Of a DNA stretch of 64,000 nucleotides, positions 31,130-42,562 are shown piece after piece. A program made the translations under genes and the position numbers. This DNA comes from an uncultured Chthonomonadaceae bacterium (GTDB taxonomy: Bacteria > Armatimonadota > Chthonomonadetes > Chthonomonadales > Chthonomonadaceae), in the NCBI GenBank assembly GCA_963817895.1, contig CAWFQB010000014.1, forward strand, positions 512,001 to 576,000. The letters run 5' to 3'. The stretch's first letter is position 1; each line of letters begins with the position of its first letter. The notes below the pieces were generated by a model. It saw nothing but the letters and a program-made list of their open reading frames with translations. It had not been told where the DNA came from and searched no databases.

Positions 31130-32111
31130 TTTCAGCCTATTTCGCTATCTGGTTTCTAAATCGGATGGCAGACATAAGGCATTTGGCGAATATGGACTGA
31201 ATACGACAGCCGCTTTCGGACTGTTGCTTCTTGCCCTCAGCGGCGCGGCAGAACAAACAGCGCGCTATCATCTAACTCGCCCGGCGCTTTGGCGCGGCCT
31301 GATTTGCGAAACGAACGCAGCCGGCAATGTTGTCCGCTCGTTCGGCATGGACAGGCTATACAAAGCATCCGGTCTGACGGTCGCGCCGCCCTGTGCCGTC
31401 CGGCAGGGATTCATGTCCGGCAACCTGTTCGTTCTGAATAATTCTACTCCACAAAGCGGCCTGGGCTGTACTGAAATTGTGGAGTTCACGCCTGAAGGCA
31501 GGTTCGTACGCGCATTCATGGGCGGCAGGGACATGGAAACGCGCCTGACGTTAGGCCATGCGCTTACCTTCGCCGCCGATGGGTCTCTGCTGGCAGCCAC
31601 TGCCGGCCCCAGCCTGCGGTTCTGCAAGGGCGGCGCTATCGTTCAGCCCTTTGCCGGATGCGCGAGCGGCGTTTGCGTGGATACGGCAGGAAACGTTTAC
31701 GTGGCCCAGACAAGTTCTTTAGGCTGTGTCATCAGCAAGCACAAACCGGATGGAAGCCAAATCCTTACATTCGGCACGACCCCGGCAGGCATCAACTATG
31801 GCGGTATGGCCGTTGATTCCTGTGGATATGTCTACATTATCCGACGCGACTTGGATTGCTGTGAACTCAACATATACGATACGGAAGGAGTGCTACAAAA
31901 CACCCTGAACATTCAGGGCCTACACCCTGGAGTTCCTGCAATTGATGCGCAAGACCGTCTGTACCTTCCCTGTTCTCACACCAGTGATATCAAGGTATAC
32001 ACCTCTGATGGCCGTCCGATACAAACTATCGCTTTGCCCGCAGGTATGCAGCCCTTTGGAGTAGCGACCACCGGTGCTGGCGGGTTATGGATCAGCGGAA
32101 CGCTTTCCTGA
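31130..32111 (+). CDS. NHL-repeat beta-propeller protein with N-terminal hydrophobic helix; start uncertain, possibly fused to the LuxR gene
   Basis: VDTAGNVYV, VDSCGYVYI, IDAQDRLYL repeats. Confidence 0.65.
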
Positions 32112-32220
32112 CATTACTGCCCACAGTCTCGCAATACAAGTATGCTCGCAGCCCATGCCGGTACGGATGGAAAGCGGCAGTTCTCATCGTCACGCCACTC
32201 TCAAAAAGGAGAATTGCTTT

Positions 32221-33155
32221 ATGTTCCCACGTTTCTGGAAGTCTCTATCCGCCCTGACTGTTTGCGCCGCGCTTTCACTGCTGTTGCCCTGCGCGGACGC
32301 GGCGGCGCAGAACCTTTTGGTCAGCGAGTATGGCAACAACCGCGCGTTTCAATTTGCGCCTGACGGAACCAATCTGGGCGTCTTCTGCTCCGGCTCAGCC
32401 GACGGCGGCACTCGCTTTTTTGGCATGGCACTTGATGCAAGCGGTAACCTGTATGTTGCCAGGTCGGCTATTCCTGGCCTCGTTTCCCGCTACTCCCCAA
32501 CAGGCGCCGATCTGGGCGTCTTCGCAACGAACGGCCTGATAGCAGCCACCGACGTCAAATTCGATACGGCAGGCAATCTTTACGTCTGCAGTTTCGGCAA
32601 TGACACAGTGCATCGTTATTCCTCTACCGGCGCAGATTGGGTGTATTTGCCTCGGTGCATACCGCACAAGACCTTGCCTTCGCACAAAACGGTGATCTCT
32701 TCGTTACCGATTATGTAGACGGCAACGTGCATCGCTTCTCGGCGTCAGGGCAGGACATGGGTATTTTCGCCAGCGGATTCTCCTCTCCGGTAGGATTGGC
32801 ATTCGATGCCGCAGGCAACCTGTACGTGGTGAACCGAGATCAGCACAATGTTCGTCGCTTTTCTTCCACCGGAACCGATCTGGGCATTTTCGCATCATCG
32901 GGCTTGTCTGATCCGCTTGATCTCACTTTCGGCCCGGACAGCGATCTCTACGTAACCGATTTCGCTAATGGCGCGGTACGACGTTTCTCCCCCACCGGGG
33001 CCGACCTGGGCAACTTCGCCACAGGTCTGGCGAACCCGGCGGGACTCATATTTCTCCCGGCTCCCGCCGCCGTTCCCGAACCCGGAACTCTGGCCTGGCT
33101 GATAGGGGCTGTCGTCGCAGGCGCAGGTTTCCACCGCCGCTCCCGCCGTTCCTAA
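32221..33155 (+). CDS. PEP-CTERM surface protein with NHL repeats (frameshift near 32640)
   Basis: Signal peptide; repeated FDxAGNLYV...RFSxTGxDLGxFA; C-terminal VPEPGTLAWL...RRSRRS. Confidence 0.85.
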
Positions 33156-33327
33156 ACCGCACCGTCACGCAATGCAACACGCCTCTTCGCTTGCCCTGCC
33201 CCGGAAGACGGAGAGGTTTGTTGTACTCAGGTTTGTACCTCAATGGCGCTATTCTCAATGAGGGGTTTCAATTCCTTACTCTGAACAACCATGAGTAGCC
33301 CTCCTTTCAAACTATAGGTATTGCTTC

Positions 33328-34815
33328 CTACGCGCTTTCCTCGCTTGTGATTGCGCCTGCCGTCCGCAGCAATTCGGCTATTTCGTGCCGCCGTAATTCA
33401 ACTGCGTAGTCCAACGGTGTAAGGCAGTAATCGCTTTGCGCGTTGACGTCCGCCCCTGCTGCAATCAGCAACCTCACGATTTCGCGCATGTCCGCCTGAA
33501 CTGCGCGAACCTCATCGTCCTCATGTATGTTTTTGTCCGCTCCGGGAACAATGGCGCAAATCAACGCCGTGTTGCCCTGCGCGTTACGGCGGTTCGGATC
33601 GGCTCCGGCTTCCAATAAGAGGCGAACTGTTGCCAGCGCCCCACATTCGCAGGCAACCATCAGGGCCGTATAATCCACGTCATTGCCGACATTCACGTCA
33701 CAGCCCGCGCCCAATAGCAGGTTTATCAGTAACACATTGTTCTCATGAGCGGCTTCCATCAGGGGCGTCAAGCCCCGATAGTTTCCCTTTTCCGTCTGCT
33801 CTCCCTCCGGTCCAAAAATCAAGGCAAGCAATTTGGCTCTGCCAGCCGCGCCGCCAAGCCGTTCGCCAATCTCTACGGGCTGCATGTTCATGCGGATACC
33901 GAGCGTGGTTTCGAGCAGCACAGACAGAACTTCCGTTTGTCCTTCCTCCGATGCCGCCTCAAAGGGCGTCAGGTTCCAACTCTCCTGCCTATTCGCGCCA
34001 TAAGGGTCGGCGCCTTTTTCCAGCAGCAGCCGCACAATGGAAACATGTCCCTTCTGTGCGGCATAGACGAGTGCCGTTTCGCCTCTCGCATCACGCCAAT
34101 CCGGGTCTATCCCCTGCTGTAGTAGATGTCGAACGGTTTCCTCATCCCCTACGGCAGCCGCTTCAGTAAACGTGATTTCCGCTCCCGCCTGTCGCAGCAA
34201 ATCAACGGTTTCGCGGTCGCCGCCATCTGCGGCCAGAATCATAGGCGTAAATACGGTACGTTCATTGTGAATGTCACATCGCGGATGCGCGTCCGCTCCA
34301 CGCTCCAGCAACAGGTGAATGGTTCTGCGACGACTCAACCTATCTTCTTCATTCAGCCTGCAATTCGATCCAACCTGAATAGCAGACATCAAAGCTGTCC
34401 ATCCATCCGATTTGGCGCTATTTACATCCACGCCCCGATCAATCAACCGGTACAGCAGGGACAGGTTGCAACGTCCGGCTGCCAAAAGCAGCGCATTAAC
34501 GGCGCGGCGAGCCTGCGCTTCGGATGTTCCCCAATCCAGCAGCAGATCAATGGCATCGTACTCGCCATGCGTCAACGCCTGTTCCATGGCCGTATAGCCT
34601 TCATAATCTTTTTCATCCGGGTCAACCCCAAGCGTGTGCAACAAACTCATGATTTCCAGATTACCCATGTATGCCGCTACGCCAAGAGGAGTTTCTCCAT
34701 ACCGACCGTACGTTTCCAATCGTTCGCCGCTGTCCAACGCCTGCCATACCTTATCAACATCACCTGTTCGTATCGCGGTAATCAGCGCGCCATCCCAGTT
34801 TTCAGAGTAGCTCAT
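33328..34815 (-). CDS. Ankyrin-repeat protein
   Basis: About 10 G-x-T-P/A-L...LL.xGAD repeats; start MSYSENW. Confidence 0.88.
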   Translation of the reverse strand: MSYSENWDGALITAIRTGDVDKVWQALDSGERLETYGRYGETPLGVAAYMGNLEIMSLLHTLGVDPDEKDYEGYTAMEQALTHGEYDAIDLLLDWGTSEAQARRAVNALLLAAGRCNLSLLYRLIDRGVDVNSAKSDGWTALMSAIQVGSNCRLNEEDRLSRRRTIHLLLERGADAHPRCDIHNERTVFTPMILAADGGDRETVDLLRQAGAEITFTEAAAVGDEETVRHLLQQGIDPDWRDARGETALVYAAQKGHVSIVRLLLEKGADPYGANRQESWNLTPFEAASEEGQTEVLSVLLETTLGIRMNMQPVEIGERLGGAAGRAKLLALIFGPEGEQTEKGNYRGLTPLMEAAHENNVLLINLLLGAGCDVNVGNDVDYTALMVACECGALATVRLLLEAGADPNRRNAQGNTALICAIVPGADKNIHEDDEVRAVQADMREIVRLLIAAGADVNAQSDYCLTPLDYAVELRRHEIAELLRTAGAITSEESA

Positions 34816-34826
34816 TTCCGCTCCTT

Positions 34827-35648
34827 TTACGCGCCGACTGCGGAATACTGTTTGATGCCGCCCGCCCACAGCAGGCGAAATACAATAATGCCAATGACGA
34901 GCCAGACGGTTTGCAGCGCGAAACCGGGCAGAATTTGCGCGGTTGGAACCCTGCCGAGCGCGAGTTCTACGGGAAACGCGCCCATGCCGCGAAAGGGCGA
35001 ATACAGGGCCAGTACGCCGAGCCAGCCGGGCATCAGACTGAGTGGCGCAATCCGGCCCGATAGAAAACTGTCCAGCGTGAAGTACAGTTGGTTGAGCGCC
35101 TCGACTCGCGTTGTCCAGAAGGCGATAACCGCAAGGCTGTACTGCCATACGTAGCGCAAAATGCCCGCCAGTATCAGCGCGGGAAGGGACAGCAGCAATC
35201 CCATGCCGCTGTGCGGAAGCGTCGGCTTGAACAGGTAAAATAGCAGTATCCAGATGGGCAGCAGCATCGCGCTGGTACACAGTTTGAAAGCAATGTTATT
35301 CGCCACATCCGTATGAATGGGGTGCATCGGCTTCAGCAGGCGTGGCGACAGATTGCCATCCTTCACCCGAAACGCGAACTCGAAAGCGTCCCACGACATC
35401 GTGAGATGCCCGAAAATCATAAATACGAGGAAGTACGCCGCGAAATCCGCCTGACCGTATGTTGCGCCATTGGCCGCATTTTGAACCGCGCCGCCCTTTG
35501 AGGCCGTTGCCGCCGACCAGACGGCAAGCGAAATCAGCGGCCCGACAAAGCCCCACACCGCCCATATCAGAATGGCGAAGCGGTACTGAAGCATGGCGGC
35601 AATCGCTGTTTTCAAGTTCGCGCGGTACACGTTCAGCCAGTAAGCCAT
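34827..35648 (-). CDS. ABC-2 family permease (DUF990 type)
   Basis: QYRF, VKDGNLSPRLLKP, LSGRIAPL, GIKQYSAVGA. Confidence 0.88.
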   Translation of the reverse strand: MAYWLNVYRANLKTAIAAMLQYRFAILIWAVWGFVGPLISLAVWSAATASKGGAVQNAANGATYGQADFAAYFLVFMIFGHLTMSWDAFEFAFRVKDGNLSPRLLKPMHPIHTDVANNIAFKLCTSAMLLPIWILLFYLFKPTLPHSGMGLLLSLPALILAGILRYVWQYSLAVIAFWTTRVEALNQLYFTLDSFLSGRIAPLSLMPGWLGVLALYSPFRGMGAFPVELALGRVPTAQILPGFALQTVWLVIGIIVFRLLWAGGIKQYSAVGA

Positions 35649-35650
35649 GT

Positions 35651-36637
35651 TTATACTTTCGCTTCCTGAAACACCTGATCTATGATGGCGTCAATGGAGG
35701 GGTCTTCAACGGTCAGGTCGAGGACGGGCAGTTCGGCAAGCAGGCGGGCGACGATGGGGGACGTGTCGGCGCGAGGCAGGCGCAGCGTCACTTTCACGCC
35801 CTCCAGTTCGGTCACTTCGCCGTACTGTTCGGCCCGTTTCGCGCTTGCCTCGTCCGCCAGTTCCAGCCGCGCGAGTTTGAACGGCGCGATTTTATCCGTC
35901 AGGTCGGACAACGCGCCGTCGTACAGCAGCGTCCCTTTGTGAATCACGATGACCCGCTTGCACAAAGCGGTCACGTCCGCCATGTAGTGCGACGTGAGCA
36001 GGATTGTCGCGCCGTGCCGCTCGTTGTGCGATTGGATGAACTGCCGGATGCGTGTTTGCATGGTCACGTCCACGCCAATCGTCGGCTCATCCAGAAACAG
36101 CACCTGCGGGCGATGCAACAGGGCGGCGCACAATTCGCATTTCATCCGTTCGCCCAATGACAGCCCGCGCACAGGCTTCTTTATCAACTCTTTCAAATCC
36201 AGCAACGTTACCAGTTCGTCGAGCGTCTCGTGAAACTGCTTTGCCGGTATCTGGTAAATGGCCTGATTGACCAGAAACGAGTCCATCGCGGGAATGTCCC
36301 ACACCAGTTGGTTGCGGTTGCCCATGACGAGGCTGATGTTGCGCAGCAAGTCCGATTCCCGCTTCCACGGAACGCGCCCCAGAACCCGCGCTTCGCCGCC
36401 TGTCGGATGCAGCAGCCCGGCCAGCATTTTCAGGGTCGTGGTTTTGCCCGCGCCGTTCGGCCCCAAAAACCCCACTACTTCTCCGGGCGCAACCGTAAAC
36501 GACACCCCCTCGACGGCTTTTACTTCCTTGTACTTGCGTTTGAACAGGCTTTGAAGAGACGCCTTTGCGCCCGCTTCTCGCTCGTGGACGCGGTACGTTT
36601 TTTGCAGATTTTCCAGTTGAATTTGTGGATTGCTCAT
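35651..36637 (-). CDS. ABC transporter ATP-binding protein
   Basis: GPNGAGKTT, LSLGERMK, FLDEPTIG, TSHYM. Confidence 0.93.
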   Translation of the reverse strand: MSNPQIQLENLQKTYRVHEREAGAKASLQSLFKRKYKEVKAVEGVSFTVAPGEVVGFLGPNGAGKTTTLKMLAGLLHPTGGEARVLGRVPWKRESDLLRNISLVMGNRNQLVWDIPAMDSFLVNQAIYQIPAKQFHETLDELVTLLDLKELIKKPVRGLSLGERMKCELCAALLHRPQVLFLDEPTIGVDVTMQTRIRQFIQSHNERHGATILLTSHYMADVTALCKRVIVIHKGTLLYDGALSDLTDKIAPFKLARLELADEASAKRAEQYGEVTELEGVKVTLRLPRADTSPIVARLLAELPVLDLTVEDPSIDAIIDQVFQEAKV

Positions 36638-36912
36638 GGATGTGAAGAGAAACAGGACTTTTAGAGTAACGTGTTGTAAACTGCCCGCTTATTTCGACAC
36701 GATAATGGAACACTCCTGCCGACACGCGCAAAAATGTACGTCACTTTTTGATATTTTCAACCTCTGCTGAAATCGTACCGCCATGAGAAGAACTGTGAAA
36801 CGTTCGGCTATCGCAGAGGTGCTATAATTACCGGGAAACCAACACTTATGCCTTCAGAATGTGCGGCAGTATCTTTCTTGCTTACCCGCTCTGCTTTGCT
36901 CAAGGATATACT

Positions 36913-37680
36913 ATGAACTATCTCAACGGTTTTGCTGCGCCCCTTGCAATATCCATTGCCGGTACGCTCACACTGCTGTTTCTCGCGCGCCGTTTTCCCG
37001 TCGTCAACCGCCTGCGCTCCAATAACGACGTGCTTGGCGTGTACTTCTCCCTGATTGGAACCATTTACGCGATTGTCATGGCGTTCATGCTTGCCAGCGT
37101 GTGGACGCGATTCGATCAGGCGAGTTCGCAGGCGGAACAGGAGGCGGCTACCCTCGTCAACATGTTTCACCTTGCTGACGGCCTGCCTGACGCCGACCGC
37201 GCCCGCCTGCAAATGGAAGTCCGCGATTACGCCAAACTGGTAATCAGCAAAGAGTGGCCCGCCATGCGGCAGGGACATTCCGACCCACAGGCCGACAAAC
37301 TGCATCATCAACTCTGGCATGATGCGCAGGCGCTTCAGCCCCGCACAAACCACGATACCAACATTCACGCGCAGTTGCTCCAACAGTTGACCACGCTTGC
37401 CACGCTGCGCCGCCTGCGCCTGCTCGTCAGCAAATCGGGATTGCCCAACATTCTCTGGTTTGTGCTAATTGCCGGGGCCGCGCTGCTCATCGTCATCACC
37501 GCGCTGTACGGAGAAGACCCCTATCCCGCGCACGGCGTCAAAGCCGCCCTGCTTGCCACCATTCTCGTTCTGATTTTATACGCGACATGGGAAATAGACG
37601 GCCCGTTTCAGGGCAGCGTGATCGTCACGCCGGAAGCCTTTGTGGAAGCGGTGAAAGTGTGCGAGGAACCGAGGCCATAG
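36913..37680 (+). CDS. DUF4239 (bestrophin-like) membrane protein
   Basis: IGTIYAIVMAF, EWPAM, IDGPFQG. Confidence 0.7.
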   Translation: MNYLNGFAAPLAISIAGTLTLLFLARRFPVVNRLRSNNDVLGVYFSLIGTIYAIVMAFMLASVWTRFDQASSQAEQEAATLVNMFHLADGLPDADRARLQMEVRDYAKLVISKEWPAMRQGHSDPQADKLHHQLWHDAQALQPRTNHDTNIHAQLLQQLTTLATLRRLRLLVSKSGLPNILWFVLIAGAALLIVITALYGEDPYPAHGVKAALLATILVLILYATWEIDGPFQGSVIVTPEAFVEAVKVCEEPRP

Positions 37681-37717
37681 GCATACAGTTCATTCGGAGT
37701 TACGAAACTGCAATTTG

Positions 37718-37852
37718 AAACCGCAAAGGCGCAAAGCAAGCAAAGGGATACGAACGCAAATGAGGCAGGCTAGCGAAGAGATTATTTTATCGCTACGCGT
37801 TTCTCTCGCTGCTTCTTTGCATCCCTTTGCTTGCTTTGCGCCTTTGCGGTTT
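37718..37852. mobile_element. MITE-like element, 135 bp, with perfect 32-bp terminal inverted repeats
   Basis: aaaccgcaaaggcgcaaagcaagcaaagggat (37718-37749) and its reverse complement at 37821-37852. Confidence 0.65.
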
Positions 37853-37879
37853 TACTGCTTATTCTACTTCTTGCTGTGT

Positions 37880-38744
37880 TTACGGCCAGCGAAAAGGTGT
37901 CGCAGATATTCTGGTCGAGGATGGGATGGTTGGGGTCGGTGTTGTCGGGGATGCCCGTATTGGCGCAGCCCGCGTTGCCGTTGTCGCACATGTCGGGGAA
38001 GAAGGGATAGGCGTTGATGAGTTTGCAGCCGGTCAGGTTCTTGCTTGTGCCGATGCTCTGGCCTTTCAGCCATTTGGCGTGGCCGTCGAAGAAGGTGCAG
38101 TTGACGCCCTCCTGATGCCGGTCGCCCGCGATCTTCATGCGCCGATAGGTCGGATAGTAGTTGAAATCGCCGTTAAATGGCTCGATCCAGCTATCCGTGA
38201 TGGCCGTCTGCGTTGCGCCCGCTGTCACGTCCCATTTATCCGTTAAGATGATGGTTTCGGCGGGAAACTCCAACTGTGGCAGACTCAATCCTTCTGCCGC
38301 GCGAATGGCGATATACGAGCGCTTGATGGACTTGACATTGTTGAGGTCCGCGCTCAGGGCGGGCGCAGGATCGCTTGGACACACCAGCACTTGCAGGTTT
38401 TTCAGGTACGGCTGCAACGCGTTCCACCACAAAGCGCGGTCATAGTCGGCATTATCCCCGGCGGGAAACGCGGCTCCCGTTCGTGACAGCGTAGCCTTGC
38501 CCGGACTGTTGGCGCGAAAGAACAACTGCTCGTCATAGTCCTGCACGTACATCTGCGTGGCTGTCCCCATCTGCTTCTCGTTGGACAAACATGAAATGGA
38601 ACGCGCCTTTTCCCGCGCCTGCGCAAACACAGGAAACAGAATCGCGGCGAGAATCGCGATAATGGCGATCACGACGAGCAATTCAATCAGAGTAAAGCCG
38701 GTGTTTGGTGTTCGGTGTTCGGTGTTCGGTATAAAGCAACGCAT
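37880..38744 (-). CDS. Prepilin-type N-terminal methylation / DUF1559 / H-X9-DG protein
   Basis: [48 protein letters not shown]; likely true end DTFRWP* after a 1-bp homopolymer error. Confidence 0.88.
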
Positions 38745-38789
38745 GGTTTTCTCCCGATACAATACACTGCTGAACCTTGAAAGAATGCC

Positions 38790-38896
38790 GTAGGGACACA
38801 ACATGTTGTGTCCCCATGGACGATTGTGTCCCCATGGATGAAATTACGCCTGAACAGGCGTTTTCCACGCGAGGACACAACATGTTGTGTCTCTAC
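38790..38896. repeat. GTAG-type REP doublet
   Basis: gtagggacacaacatgttgtgtcc ... ggacacaacatgttgtgtctctac; same family as 15381-15479. Confidence 0.8.
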
Positions 38897-38975
38897 GAAC
38901 TGGAACATTCCACATCTATAGCCTCCCCTCTCCTAGCGCGTTGCGCGGCAAGGAGAGGGGCCGGGGGTGAGGTTC

Positions 38976-41900
38976 CTAATCGTCATCATCGCGGGGCGCG
39001 GGGCCTTTGACGACGTTGCAGGCGAGGGCGTAGAGATGCGCCTGTGTCGCCTTGTACTGCGGGGCTTTTAGATGGCCTCTCTTGACGGCGGCTTTGTGCA
39101 GGTCGTCGGCTCTCATGCTCAGGCGGGTAATCACGCCAAGCCGGTGGCTGTCGCGATCCGGGCCGCTCAGGTCGAGGTTTTTCACCAATGCCCAGATACG
39201 ATGCCCCTCTATGGTGGGCGCATATTTCGCCATGCGGGTGAAAGAACCCTGCGTCAGCGTGATGCCGTTGTATGTGGATTGGAACATATCGCGCAGGTCG
39301 GTGGTGAACAGGTCGCCCAGATTGTTGGGGGGAAGGCCGAGCAGAAGCTCTTCCGTTTTCACTATAGAGGCCGTGCTGTAGTGCTGTTTCGCCAGATAGC
39401 CCGGTTTGGCGTAGGGGCTGATAACCACAAGCGGCGTCCGATGCTGGTGGATGTGATCCAGCGTGGATTGCGCGTCATCAACAGAAAAGATGATTGCGCT
39501 GCCCGTGCCGTCGCCGCCCGTCTTCGGGTCACTGTAGTACACCGAACTGTGCATGATGTGCTGAATAATCATGCCCACCGCCACATCGCCGTCCGCCACC
39601 TGCTGCGCGGCTGTTGGCGACGCGATATTGGTGGCCCGCGTTCCGCCCGTGTGCATGTTCGGCACGTAGATGTAGAGGAACTGCGGCAGGACGCCCGCCG
39701 CGTTCATCCGGTCGAAGTCGGCAATGAATTCCTGAGCGCGGCGCTGATCCGAAATGTTGAAGTTGTATCCGGGATAGCTTTTGTCGAGGCGCGGTTCGCC
39801 GCTCGGATTGTTGGTTCCCACAACAGCCAAACCCGGATAGGCCATAAAGAACGTTTGCCCGACACCATAGGGACGCGCCTGCCCATTCGGACGAAAGAAG
39901 GGGGTCGTCACATCTCCCAGATTGACAAGCGGACTGGCGATTGTGGGCGGGTTGTTCGTGGAAAGGGCCGGATAACCCATTTTGCCGCTTGCCGGATCGT
40001 TGAGCGAGGCGGGCGTACTGTCGCCCGTGTCCGTGCCGATGATACGCGCGCGCTTCCAGTCCGTACAGTTTGAAGTCTACGCCGTTGCGGGCGGCGTTGT
40101 TGTAGATGTAGCCGCTTTCCGGGTAATCCTCCACTTCGAAATTCTTGTTGACCAGCATGCCCCTGCCGCTTTTGTTGAGCAGAGTTTTTTCCATGTAATC
40201 GGAAGCCGTTCCCGACGCGCAGAACTGATGTCCGGCATCAGACTCTTCCGAATCGGAGTAGTAGTTTACGCCCGTCGCGAATGTTCGCGCCAGCAGTTGA
40301 ATGTTGGGTACGACGCCCGTAAACTGCGCCTGATTGGCGTTGACGCTGCCGTTCTGGTTGTTGAACGTCGCGCTGGCAAACGCGCCGAAATGGTTCTGGT
40401 TGCCAAGAAAACTGTCGAACGTCTTGTTTTCGCCCAATACGAAGAACACATGCTTGATTTTGGCGGAAGCCGCGCCGCCCGCAGGCACAATACTGGTATC
40501 CACGCTGTTCTGGAACGCGAAATTGTTGCCAAGCGCGGTGGCATTATCCAGTTTGAGCGTGGTCAGATCAATCTTCTGCGCCGTGCCGAAAATGTAGTTG
40601 CTGTCCGTAAAGGATTCCACGCCCGTCGGATTGTGCGCCCCGCCGACAGTTTTGGGGTTGATGTCCTCGCCGATGCCTTTGGCGTTGATGACGAACAGGG
40701 TTTTGCCGTCCGCGCTGATGTTCACGCCAGTGGGATACCAGTTCGTGGGGATGCGTCCGAGCAGTTTGGGCGCGGCGGGGTTGGCAGTATCCAGCACGGC
40801 CACGCTGTTGATCCCGGCTTCCGCCACATACGCCCGCGTGTTGTCCGGCGAAACCACAATCGCGTTCGGGTACGCGCCATGCACTTTATGCCCGTCCGCG
40901 AGCGTGAGGTTGATGGGCGCAAGGTTGAAATCGTCCAGTTTGCGGTTGTCGTTGACGACGATCAGGCCGATACTATCGCTGTTGGCCTTGCACACATACA
41001 GGACTTCCTGCGTCCCCTTGCGGACAATGGCGGTCGCGGAGGGGTGCGTGTCGCCCACCTGATAAAGCGGGTCAATGCCGATGGGATACGCGGGATCGAA
41101 GCCGCCGGGTTGCCCCTCGTAAATCGCGCCAAGCGTGGTCGCGTTTGCGGGATTGCCGCCCGGAACGGACACGATGGAGATGGAGGAGGTTTTCGGGTTC
41201 GCGCCCGTCGCGCTGATCGGCGGCACGTACCAGCCGTCCGGCAATTGCCCGATGCCCTGCGCGGTGATGGGGTTGAGCGTGGTCAGGTTGCCGCTCGCGT
41301 CATACGTCACATTGCCGAACTTGTATTCGGTAATGCCCCAATTGGAAACCATCACTTTGCTGCCGTCTTTGCTGACGGACACGCCATAAGGGAAATACCC
41401 GACAGCCACCTGCTTGATAACCGCGTTTGTCGTGGTATCAATCACGGCAAGGCTGTTATCGCCGTTGCAGGCCACGTACAAATAACGTCCATCCGAGCTG
41501 AGGGCGGAACCAGCGGGAAACGTGATTTTCGCGCCGCCCGCGCTGTACCCGGAGGGACGATAGACGGTTCCATTCTCGCCGGGGATACTCGCCTGCGAAC
41601 CGGGCGCGACCGTATAATTAGATACATAACCCTGATTTTTGGGCAGAATAGGCGCAATGGTAATGGACGCGCCCGCGCTGATAATGCCGGTAGGCGCGAT
41701 GCTGAATGTTTTCACGCTGTTGCTCGGTCCGGCGGAAGCGTACAGCGTGTACGGGCTGTTACCTTTAACCTGTAGGCCGATGTAAACCGGGCCGGCAGTG
41801 GCGACCTGCGATACCACCGTCATATCGGAAGTTCGCAGCACGGAAAGCGAGTAGCCGCCGATGTTGACCGCGCTTTGCAGCGATGTCATGCCCCCATCGC

Positions 41901-42261
41901 GCTCATCGTCGTTGCTGGTAATCAGATACTTGCCGTCCGGCGTCAGGATAGAACCAAGCGGGTTCATGCCGATCTGTACTGTCTGACCGGCGGGAGTCAC
42001 CTTGCGGCCGTTGGGCAATATTCCGGCAAAGTAACTGCCAAGTTTATTCGGTCCGGCAAACAGTTCGGCCCCGGCATAAACGCCTCCCTCCGATGTGCCG
42101 ATAAGCGGGGTCGTCACCTGCCCCCAATTCTTCGCGGTAATCACCTGCGCCCGCGCAAGCGTCACGGACAAGACGAGAGGCGCGACAGCGCCCACAGCGC
42201 CCACCCCGCGCAGCAGACGACGCGAGGCCGTAAACGTCCGTATTGTGCATGGATATTTCAT
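38976..42261 (-). CDS. Secreted YVTN/YncE beta-propeller + phosphoesterase protein (frameshift near 40050)
   Basis: LPNGR, YVACNGDNSLAVID, GRIPTNWYP, HVFFVLGENKTFD, VDDAQ, ISPYAK. Confidence 0.82.
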
Positions 42262-42283
42262 GTGGATTTGCTTCTCCTTTGAT

Positions 42284-42310
42284 ATTCGCGTTCATTCGCG
42301 TTCATTCGCG
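42284..42310. repeat. 10-mer tandem array (ATTCGCGTTC)n
   Basis: attcgcgttcattcgcgttcattcgcg. Confidence 0.7.
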
Positions 42311-42562
42311 GCTATTTAGAATTCCTCTGCCTCGTTTGCCCTTCGCCCGCGTTACGGGAAAGATAGTGAATAGGAACGCCCGTAGCCGCCAGAATTCTTG
42401 TGTTATAGAGTGTACCCGTCGTGTTGCTGCTAAAGAGGATACATCTGCATCAAACCGCATTTTTCAATTTTTGCTGAATGGCGGCGGCAGGAAATTGGAT
42501 ACGCCGCGTAGAAGCATAGAGGCAGTACAGAACGCGATTTGCAAAATTCAAAGGAGAACACA

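Noticed and set aside
33328..35280. 650-aa ankyrin ORF and 564-aa ORF 42859-44553 as called in the track
   Set aside because: The N-terminal extensions overlap real upstream genes or repeats; better starts are at 34815 and 43393
39982..41775. Long antisense ORFs (also 8666-10204, 51094-52143, 59215-60426)
   Set aside because: Shadow frames of GC-rich genes on the opposite strand, with no recognisable motifs
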